DNA of 64,000 bases from an uncultured Solirubrobacteraceae bacterium. Its GTDB lineage: Bacteria; Actinomycetota; Thermoleophilia; Solirubrobacterales; Solirubrobacteraceae. Of this stretch, positions 45,941 to 53,272 are shown piece by piece. The first letter of the stretch is position 1; each line of letters opens with the position of its first letter. A program made the translations under genes and the position numbers. The notes below the pieces were generated by a model. That model was given only the letters and a program-made list of their open reading frames with translations, made no database searches and had not been told where the DNA came from. The stretch is from contig CAWDYI010000005.1 of NCBI GenBank assembly GCA_963806395.1, positions 242,288 to 306,287 of the forward strand. The letters are read 5' to 3'.

Positions 45941-46534
45941 TTGCCCTGCCTCCGCGGGGGTACGTTCGACGGGCAGCTCTGCCACCACCCGCCAGCCACC
46001 GCTGACCGCCGGTCCGGCGTCGTGCTGATGGACATCCAGATGCCCGCCCTCGACGGGATCTCCGCCGCCCGGCGGATCCGCGAGGACGCGGGAGCGCGCC
46101 ACGTGGCGGTGCTGATGCTCACGACCTTCGATCTCGACGAATACGTCTACGAGGCGCTGCGGGCGGGTGCGAGCGGCTTCCTGCTCAAGGACGTCCCGCC
46201 GGAGGACCTGATCGCGGCGGTGCGCATCGTCGCGGCCGGCGATGCCCTGATCGCGCCCGCGATCACCAAGCGCCTGATCGAGCAGTTCGCTCGCGCCGCG
46301 CCGGCGAGCCGGCCTCCCGAGCAGCTCGCGGAGCTGACGCCCCGCGAGCTCGAGGTGCTCAGCCTCGTCGCACGCCGCCGGTCGAACGGTGAGATCGCGG
46401 ACGAGCTCGTCCTCAGCGAGGCGACGGTGAAGACGCACGTCAAACGCGTGCTGGCGAAGCTCCGGGTCCGCGACCGGGTCGGCGCCGTGGTCTTCGCATA
46501 CGAGGCGGGGCTCGTGACGCCAGGCTCCGGGTGA
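45941..46534 (+). pseudogene. NarL-type response regulator lacking the first half of the receiver domain
   Basis: Recognisable sequence starts only at ...VVLMDIQMPALDG (GTG 46022), then MLTTFDLDEYVYEALRAGASGFLLKD and the LuxR HTH LTPRELEVLSLVARRRSNGEIADELVLSEATVKTHVKRVLAKL. The upstream 27 codons of the ORF are unrelated. There is no kinase next door. Confidence 0.6.
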
Positions 46535-46589
46535 GCTCCCATATGCTCCGCGCGAGGAACGGAGCTACGCGGGGTTCTAAGGGGCAGCC

Positions 46590-47702
46590 ATGAGATCCAA
46601 GCTCGCAGCAGCGGTCGCCGCACTCGTCACCGTCGCCACGCTGGTGCCCGCGACGTCTGCGGTCGCCGACGGGTCACGGCTGGACCTTCGGTTCCGCGGC
46701 CAGGCGATCGTCCCGACGGGGACGATGTTCCGCGGTACGACGGTCGGCGGCCTGTCGTCGATCACGTACGACTCGCACCGCAAGGTCTTCTACGCGGTCT
46801 CCGACGACCCGAGCCAATTCCAGCCGGTGCGGTTCTACACCGTCGGGCTCGACGTGCGCGACGGACGGCTGGCCGACGGTGACGTCCGCTTCAAGGACGT
46901 CACGACGCTGCTTGCGCCGGGTGGCCAGCCGTACGCGCCGTTCAGCCTCGACCCCGAGGGCCTCGCGCTGACCAAGGACCGCCGGCTCATCTTCACGTCC
47001 GAAGGCCTGCCCAACAGCCTGATCGACCCGTTCGTGCGGCGCTACTCGCTCGATGGGTCGTTCCTCGGCTCGCTGACGGTGCCGCAGCCGTTCCTGGTGA
47101 CGGCCGATCAGTCGAGCGGCGTCCGGGCGAACCTCGGGTTCGAGAGCGCCGGCGTGCGTCGGGACGGCCGGTTCGCCTTCACGGCGACCGAGAACGCGCT
47201 CTACCAGGACGGCCCGCCCGCGACGATCTCAGGCGGCAGCCCGGCGCGGATACTGCGCTACAACCTGCAGACCCGGCGGCTCGACCGCCAGTGGGTGTAC
47301 GAGACCGACCCCGTCGCGCAGCCGCCGGTGCCGGCCGGCCAGTTCTCGGTCAACGGGATCGTGGAGCTGCTGCCGCTCGACGACGATTCCCTGATCGCGA
47401 TGGAGCGCTCGTTCTCCGTCGGCGCACCCGGGACGGGCAACTCGATCAAGCTCTACAAGGTGACGCTCCGCGGCGCGACCAACGTCAACGGCGTCGACAG
47501 CCTCCAGGGCAAGCGCGTCCGCCCGGTGCGGAAGACGCTGCTGCTGGATCTCGACGACCTCGGCATCCCGCTCGACAACGTCGAGGGCCTGACGTTCGGG
47601 CCCCGGCTGTCGCACGGCCGCCGATCCGTCGTGCTCGTCAGCGACAACAACTTCGCCGCCGCCCAGTTCACGCAGTTCCTGCTGTTCGCGCTCAACGAGT
47701 AG
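46590..47702 (+). CDS. secreted phytase-like esterase family protein
   Basis: 370 aa with a signal peptide. Supporting segments: GGLSSITYDSHRKVFYAVSDD, DPEGLALT, GFESAGV, NGIVELLPLDDDSLIAMERSF and VEGLTFGP ... VLVSDNNF. Confidence 0.75.
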   Translation: MRSKLAAAVAALVTVATLVPATSAVADGSRLDLRFRGQAIVPTGTMFRGTTVGGLSSITYDSHRKVFYAVSDDPSQFQPVRFYTVGLDVRDGRLADGDVRFKDVTTLLAPGGQPYAPFSLDPEGLALTKDRRLIFTSEGLPNSLIDPFVRRYSLDGSFLGSLTVPQPFLVTADQSSGVRANLGFESAGVRRDGRFAFTATENALYQDGPPATISGGSPARILRYNLQTRRLDRQWVYETDPVAQPPVPAGQFSVNGIVELLPLDDDSLIAMERSFSVGAPGTGNSIKLYKVTLRGATNVNGVDSLQGKRVRPVRKTLLLDLDDLGIPLDNVEGLTFGPRLSHGRRSVVLVSDNNFAAAQFTQFLLFALNE

Positions 47703-47722
47703 CCAGACCGTCCCAGCCCCAC

Positions 47723-47956
47723 CGCATCCCCAGCACATCGAGCGACTGGCGGCCTATTGGGCGGAGGTGATGGGCGGGCCGCCCAGCTACTCGCAGTCGT
47801 GCGGCGACCAGTCGGGCGTCTTGCAGATGCATGCTGGCCGGGATGCGAGAACGGATGGTTCAGCTCAGGATCTGCGAGGCAGCGCGCGTGATGCGCCGCA
47901 GCGAGGGCGAGGAACGCGGCCTCGCCCCCGGCGAACTCGAACAGCGAAGGACGCAT
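47723..47956. pseudogene. two fragments of a truncated-hemoglobin-like gene on opposite strands
   Basis: The minus strand from ATG 47956 reads MRPSLFEFAGGEAAFLALAAAHHARCLADPELNHPFSHPGQH. The plus strand from ~47725 reads HPQHIERLAAYWAEVMGGPPSYSQSCGDQSGVLQMHAG. The two converge at 47831-47847. No continuous globin ORF exists. Confidence 0.55.
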
Positions 47957-47989
47957 CCGAGCAGCGTCGAGCAGCGACGCGATCGGGCG

Positions 47990-48565
47990 TCAGGTCCTGC
48001 AGCTGAGGAGATACTCGTTGTAGGCCGTCCGCGTGTAGGCCGTGCCGCCGCTGGTCCGCGAGTACGACATCGCCTTCGTGCGGTACAGGCGGGCGTCACG
48101 GTGGCTGCACGACACGCGCGCGGTGGCGCCGACATCCCCCGAGCCACTCCTACTGTTAATCGCGACGTCCATCTGTTGCCAGCTGCCGTTGTACCGCTGC
48201 AGCGTGGTGATGATCTCGTTGTACACGATGTTGCCGGCACAGCCGCGGCTGTAGCCCGGCCCGTACACCTCGGTCCAGGTGGACTTGTTCGGCCGTCCCG
48301 CGACGGCGGTGCAACCGGTGGCGGCCGCCGCGGCGACGATCCTGGTCACCTGTGGGCACTTCGCCGCGGCCGGGTCGGCCATGCAGCTTCCCTTCGGTGC
48401 GAGCGCCATCATCCTGGCCGCCTCGGGCGACACGCTGATGCCGGCTGCCTGCGCACGAGCCACGCCCGCGCTGACCGACGTGCTCGCCATCGCCGATGAC
48501 GCAGGTGCACCACCTGTCGTCATCGTCCCCGCAATTACCGTCACTGCCAACAAACGACGCCTCAC
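47990..48565 (-). CDS. secreted Cys-containing protein of unknown function
   Basis: 191 aa. Signal-like N-terminus MRRRLLAVTVIAGTMTTGGAPASSAMA. It has 6 Cys, and the 3' half lies in a lower-GC patch. Confidence 0.55.
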   Translation of the reverse strand: MRRRLLAVTVIAGTMTTGGAPASSAMASTSVSAGVARAQAAGISVSPEAARMMALAPKGSCMADPAAAKCPQVTRIVAAAAATGCTAVAGRPNKSTWTEVYGPGYSRGCAGNIVYNEIITTLQRYNGSWQQMDVAINSRSGSGDVGATARVSCSHRDARLYRTKAMSYSRTSGGTAYTRTAYNEYLLSCRT

Positions 48566-48665
48566 TGGAACTCCATTCCTTTTCGGGGAGTGTGCGTCGC
48601 ACGGTAATACTGGTCAGGAGCGATGCGCAATCGCGCGACCGCTCGACGTCCCGGTGGAGTCCGTG

Positions 48666-48685
48666 CCTCGTCCGATCGGACGAGG
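48666..48685 (-). terminator. hairpin immediately after the nuclease gene stop
   Basis: CCTCGTCC-GATC-GGACGAGG at 48666-48685. There is no U-tract. Confidence 0.35.
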
Positions 48686-48687
48686 GC

Positions 48688-49563
48688 CTACGGCTCGCAC
48701 GCGACGCCGTCGTTGTCGCCGTCGAGTTGCGGGTTGGCGGCGTACGCGGGGTCGCCGCGGCGCAGCGGCGCTCTGCCGGCGGCCCGGACCGCGTCGCAGT
48801 TGGTGAACACGCGGCCGTCGGCGGCCGGCGACGTACGGGCGGCGACCGGGATGCGGACGCGGGCGCTGACCGGCAGCGGCTCGTCCGCGCAGCGGGTGAG
48901 CACGCGCTGCATCGCGTCCCTTTCGGCAGCGGTGACCCACGCCCGGTACCGGCGTTTGACGGCGATCTGCCGCGCGACGTACGCGCACCGGAACGACTTG
49001 TTCGCAGGGAGCCACGTCGCGGCGTCTCCGGCGCCCTTCTGGCGGTTGGAGGCGGCGTTGGCGGCGAGCAGGTTCAGCGGGTCGTTGGCGAGCTCGACCC
49101 GCCGCGCGGCGGGCCACTGCTGCGCGCCCTTCTGCCACGCGTCGGCCAGCGCGACGACGTGATCGATGTCGACCTCGGACGCCCCGCCGCGGACGAACTC
49201 GATCGCGGTCGCCGTGTACGGGTCGGCGAGCGCGCCGGTGAGCACAGAGCAGGTGCTGCCGGGCTCGAACGTCTCCCGACGCAGGTCGCGGATCAGGATC
49301 CGCTGGCGCGTGTCGCAGCCGTTGATGCTCACCCAGCCGTCGCCGAACTGCTCGCGGTCGTAGCCGGTCATCGGCGCCCGGCCCTTCACCGCCAGCGTCT
49401 GCAGCGCAGCCAGCGCGGTCCCGTCGGACGGCTTGCGGCGCGGCGCCGGTGTCGATGCCGGCGCGGCGGTCGCGGTCGCGGCCTCAGTCGGTCGCGGCTC
49501 GCCGGCGGGAACGCATCCACTCAGGACGACGAGGCCGAGCACGACCACGAACGTCGACTGCAT
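48688..49563 (-). CDS. secreted lipoprotein nuclease (DUF1524/HNH-like) with C-terminal Excalibur calcium-binding domain
   Basis: 291 aa from ATG 49563. Lipobox VLSGC. Supporting segments: GYDREQFGDGW...GCDTR, VDIDHVVALADAW, NLLAANAASNRQKG and the C-terminal FTNCDAVRAAGRAPLRRGDPAYAANPQLDGDNDGVACE. Confidence 0.75.
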   Translation of the reverse strand: MQSTFVVVLGLVVLSGCVPAGEPRPTEAATATAAPASTPAPRRKPSDGTALAALQTLAVKGRAPMTGYDREQFGDGWVSINGCDTRQRILIRDLRRETFEPGSTCSVLTGALADPYTATAIEFVRGGASEVDIDHVVALADAWQKGAQQWPAARRVELANDPLNLLAANAASNRQKGAGDAATWLPANKSFRCAYVARQIAVKRRYRAWVTAAERDAMQRVLTRCADEPLPVSARVRIPVAARTSPAADGRVFTNCDAVRAAGRAPLRRGDPAYAANPQLDGDNDGVACEP

Positions 49564-49626
49564 CCATGCCCTGCGGGTGCGGTACCACCGCCACGTGCGT
49601 GTCACGGCCGCCTGAGTGTGACACCA

Positions 49627-50961
49627 CTACCGGGCGGCTTGGCGCTCGAGAACGGTCTCGAGAGCCTCGAACGCGTCGGCGTCCAGTCGCCCCGGCACGT
49701 CGAGACGCATGACGGCGAGCGCGTCCTCGGAGCCCAGTGCCGGGCGATACGGGCGGTCAGCCGTGAGCGCCTCGTGCACGTCCGCGACCGCCAGCACGCG
49801 CATGGGCAGCGTCAGGTCGGCGGCGACGAGCCCGCGCGGGTAGCCGCTGCCGTCGAGGCGCTCGTGGTGCGCGACGGCGACCGCGGACACGTCACGGAAG
49901 CAGCTCACGCGGTCGAGCACCCACTGCGTGAACAGCGGATGCTCCTTGACGCGCTCGAACTCGGCGGCGCTGAGTCTGGCGGGCTTGTCGAGGATCCGGT
50001 TCGAGAGCGAGAGCTTGCCGATGTCGTGCAGCAGCGCCGCGTGGCCCAGGCCGCTCACGTCCTCCGCGTCGAACCCGAGGACCTCGGCGATGCTGGTCGC
50101 GCCCGCGCGGGTGCGCTCCGAATGGCTGTATGTCCACGGCGACTTGGCGTCGACGATCGCGGCGAACGCGGAGGCGATCCGGTCCACGCGCCCGGGATCG
50201 GCCGTCATCACGCGGTCCGCAGGCTCCCAGCGGGCGAGGTCGGGCTCGGCGAGCGATTCCCAGAAGACAGCGTCGCCGCGGAACCCGTCCAGCGCGGCCA
50301 CCAGCGCCGGATCGAACCAGTGTCCGCTCCGCCGGCGGGCCACCTCGTACGCACCGTCGATGCCGAACGTCGAGTTGAAGATCTCCACTGTCTGCGCGAG
50401 GCACAGGATCCGCCCGAGCAGCGGGATCTCGTCCCCGGCCAGAGCGCGCGGCTGGCCGCGGCCGTCCCAGTGCTCGTCGAGCGTCCGGATCGCCTCGGCC
50501 GTCCGGTCCGACAGGCCGATGCTGAGCGCGATCTCGGCGCCGCGCTCGCAGCGCGTCTCCATCAGCGAGCGCGTGACCTCCCCCTCGTCCTTGATCGCGA
50601 GCAGGTGAGCGACCCGCGTCCTCAGCGACGCACCGGGTGCGACCGTGCGCGCCGACCACAGGAACGCCGGCAGCGGCCGCGCCCAGTCGATGCGCTTGGA
50701 GGTGTGCTTCGCCGCATGGTCGTCGGCGCCGAACAGTGCCGCCATCCGCGCCGAGTTGGTCGTGCAGCCGGCGTCCTTGAGCAGCAGCGCGTAGAACAGG
50801 TCGGACCGGCTGCTCGTGCTGAGCCGCAGCTCCTCGGCCACGCGCATGCCGATCAGGCACGACCGCACGGCATGACCGGCCGGCTCGCCCTCGGTGAGAT
50901 CGAGCGCATACGAGAGCGCCCCGATCACCTCCGATAGACGGACATCCGGCCCAGCGGGCAT
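49627..50961 (-). CDS. HD-GYP domain phosphohydrolase with an N-terminal degenerate HD-GYP-like domain
   Basis: 444 aa. C-terminal domain: HSERTRAG ... ALLHDIGK ... HHERLDGSGYPRGL. N-terminal domain: GHAVRS ... LLKDAGC ... LDEHWDGRGQP (degenerate). Confidence 0.85.
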   Translation of the reverse strand: MPAGPDVRLSEVIGALSYALDLTEGEPAGHAVRSCLIGMRVAEELRLSTSSRSDLFYALLLKDAGCTTNSARMAALFGADDHAAKHTSKRIDWARPLPAFLWSARTVAPGASLRTRVAHLLAIKDEGEVTRSLMETRCERGAEIALSIGLSDRTAEAIRTLDEHWDGRGQPRALAGDEIPLLGRILCLAQTVEIFNSTFGIDGAYEVARRRSGHWFDPALVAALDGFRGDAVFWESLAEPDLARWEPADRVMTADPGRVDRIASAFAAIVDAKSPWTYSHSERTRAGATSIAEVLGFDAEDVSGLGHAALLHDIGKLSLSNRILDKPARLSAAEFERVKEHPLFTQWVLDRVSCFRDVSAVAVAHHERLDGSGYPRGLVAADLTLPMRVLAVADVHEALTADRPYRPALGSEDALAVMRLDVPGRLDADAFEALETVLERQAAR

Positions 50962-51065
50962 CGCCGCAGTATTCCGGGCGGGTCAAATCCGGGGCGGCTC
51001 GCCCCACACCAGCTCGAGCGAGCCGCCGACGCGCACAGATCAACTCGTCCAGTAGCGTGGCCCGG

Positions 51066-51458
51066 ATGTACCTGGAGCAGCTGGCCGTGATCGTGGACGA
51101 CTACGACTCGGCGATCGACTTCTTCGTCGACGCGCTCGGGTTCGACCTCGTCGAGGACTCGCCATCGCTGACGAACGACGGCCGTCCGAAGCGCTGGGTC
51201 GTGGTCCGTCCGCCCGGCGCGCGGACAGGCCTCCTGCTCGCGCTCGCCGACGGCGAGGAGCAGGACGCCGCGGTCGGCCGCCAGTTCGCCGGACGTGTCG
51301 GGCTGTTCCTGCGCGTCGAGGACTTCGACGCCGCGTACGAGCGAATGCGCGCGGCCGGCGTCGAATTCGTCGGCGAGCCGCGCGCGGAGCCGTACGGCCG
51401 CGTCGCGGTGTTCACCGACATCGCCGGCAATCGCTGGGATCTGCTCGGTCCTGCGTGA
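51066..51458 (+). CDS. VOC (glyoxalase) family protein
   Basis: About 130 aa. MYLEQLAVIVDDYDSAIDFFVDALGFDLVED ... FLRVEDFDAAYERMRAAGVEF ... AVFTDIAGNRWDLL. Alternative start GTG 51057. Confidence 0.8.
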   Translation: MYLEQLAVIVDDYDSAIDFFVDALGFDLVEDSPSLTNDGRPKRWVVVRPPGARTGLLLALADGEEQDAAVGRQFAGRVGLFLRVEDFDAAYERMRAAGVEFVGEPRAEPYGRVAVFTDIAGNRWDLLGPA

Positions 51459-51486
51459 CCGCGCGACCCGCCAAGGAGGATTCCCG

Positions 51487-51880
51487 ATGGGACTGAGCGA
51501 CAGCAGGGTGGAGGCGGTCATCGCCGTGTCCGACCTCGACAGGGCCCGGCGATTCTATGAGGACCAGCTCGGGCTCGCGCCCGGCGAGGAGGAATCGGGG
51601 CAGGGCGTGCGCTACCCCTGCGGGGAGGGAACCCGGCTCTTCATCTACCACTCACCGGACAACGCGGGCAAGTCGCCGGCGACGCTCGCCGGCTGGTCCG
51701 TCGACGACCTCGACCGGACGATGACCGAGCTCGCATCGCGTGGCGTCGTGTTCGAGCGGTACGACCAGCCGGGGCTCGCGACCGACGAGCACGGCGTCTT
51801 CGATGCCGGCCGCTTCAGGGCCGCGTGGCTGCGGGACCCCGACGGCAACACCATCGCGATCACCGAGGTCGACTGGCTAG
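51487..51880 (+). CDS. VOC (glyoxalase) family protein with no in-frame stop at the expected end
   Basis: From ATG 51487: MGLSDSRVEAVIAVSDLDRARRFYEDQLGL ... AAWLRDPDGNTIAITEV. The frame then stays open to 52896, antisense through the epimerase gene. The end given here is the end of the homologous part, not a stop codon. Confidence 0.6.
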
Positions 51881-52845
51881 AAGTCCTGGTCGCCGACGTC
51901 GGCGTGGCCGTTCGCTGCGAGCCAGCGGAGCGCCTGATGCAGAGCTTCGAGGGAGCTGTAGCGCGGGGCGTACCCGAGGACGCTGCGGGCGCGGTCGATG
52001 CTCGCGGCGATGCTGCGGCCGACGTGCTCGCGTGTGGCCCCGGCGTGCTCGCTGCCGACGCGCCGCTCGAACTCGGCCCAGTCGACGAGGTCGAGCAGCG
52101 CCTCGCGACCGAACCACGCGGCCACGCCGCGCGCCAGACCACGCAGCGTCATCGCCTGCTCGGAGACGACATGGAAGCTCGATCCGATCGCGGCCGGCCG
52201 GGTGAGCGCTCGCGCGAACGCCTGAGCGACATCGTCGGCGTGCACGTGGTGCAGCACGCCGAGGCCGAGGTCGGGCAGTGCGAGCGGCTCGCCCCTGGCC
52301 AGCCGTCGCCACACGTCGGGGTCGAGGTTCCCGGCCGGCGTGATGACCGACCAGCCCGGACCGCTGATGTGGCCCGGATGGAGGACCACGCTCGGCACCC
52401 CGCCGCCGAGCGTCTCGCGGTGCAGCAGCGCCTCGACCGCCATCTTGCCGGTGCCGTACTCGCCGTAGGCGGTGCGCGGCTCGTCCTCGGTGATGGGCAC
52501 GCGCGCAGCGGGACCGTGCACCCAGATGCTGCCGCAGTGCACGAGCAGCGGCTGGGCGGGCCGCAGGGCGTCGACCAGCTGCTGCGCCGACGCGGCCGTG
52601 AAGCAGATCATGTCGACGACGACGTCAGGCTGAAGCGCGGCGATCCGCTCGCCGAACCCGCCGGATGCCTCTTCGGCGTCGCGGTCGATCACCACCCGCT
52701 CGACCGACCGCCACTCCGGCGCCGGCGAGTACGGCTCGCGTTCGCCGCGGCTGAGCGCGACGACATCGTGCCCGGCTCGCACCAGACGCGGGACGAGGTA
52801 GGTGCCGACATGGCCGGTGGCGCCGATGACGACGACGCGACTCAT
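51877..52845 (-). CDS. NAD-dependent epimerase/dehydratase (SDR) family protein
   Basis: 322 aa. MSRVVVIGATGHVGTYLVPRLVRAGHDVVAL (Rossmann GxxGxxG) and YGTGK (the YxxxK region). Confidence 0.85.
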   Translation of the reverse strand: MSRVVVIGATGHVGTYLVPRLVRAGHDVVALSRGEREPYSPAPEWRSVERVVIDRDAEEASGGFGERIAALQPDVVVDMICFTAASAQQLVDALRPAQPLLVHCGSIWVHGPAARVPITEDEPRTAYGEYGTGKMAVEALLHRETLGGGVPSVVLHPGHISGPGWSVITPAGNLDPDVWRRLARGEPLALPDLGLGVLHHVHADDVAQAFARALTRPAAIGSSFHVVSEQAMTLRGLARGVAAWFGREALLDLVDWAEFERRVGSEHAGATREHVGRSIAASIDRARSVLGYAPRYSSLEALHQALRWLAANGHADVGDQDF

Positions 52846-53048
52846 CGTCCTTCACCGCCGTGCCATTCGTCGCGCAGCAGGGACATCAGCAGCTGATCGT
52901 GCCAGCTTCCGCCGCGCCACTGCGCGCGGCGGATCTGTCCCTCGACCTGGAAGTAGGGCCCGGTCCCGGCGGCCGAATCGAATCGCGCCTCGAATGCGTC
53001 GAGGTCGGCGAGCGTGGCAGGACGCAGAGTCACGTGCGGCGTAGACAT
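52842..53048 (-). pseudogene. GNAT (RimJ/RimL-like) acetyltransferase remnant with an internal in-frame deletion
   Basis: 68 aa from ATG 53048. The GNAT N-terminus MSTPHVTLRPATLADLDAFEARF is joined directly to a typical C-terminus VEGQIRRAQWRGGSWHDQLLMSLLRDEW. The acetyl-CoA binding core is absent. Confidence 0.5.
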
Positions 53049-53272
53049 GGAGCCCGAGGCTAAGTCAGCGAGCCACGACGTGCGGCGTCGCAACAACGAA
53101 ACGCCGAAGGCAGCGAATCGTTGAGTCAGGTCCCGGATCACAAACGACCCGCGGAGACAGGGGAACGCTGTCCGGGACCGGTACTCCGACTCGCGACCTC
53201 ACACAGAGCGTGCCCACACAACCCATCTTGCGAGCGCTGCGCCGGAGGCCTCGACGTCGGGCCGACCCCCAC

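Noticed and set aside
48496-50937. 813-aa plus-strand ORF, and similarly the 758-aa ORF at 53210..55486
   Set aside because: These lie antisense to the nuclease and HD-GYP genes and to metE respectively. They have no motifs and show shadow-ORF composition.
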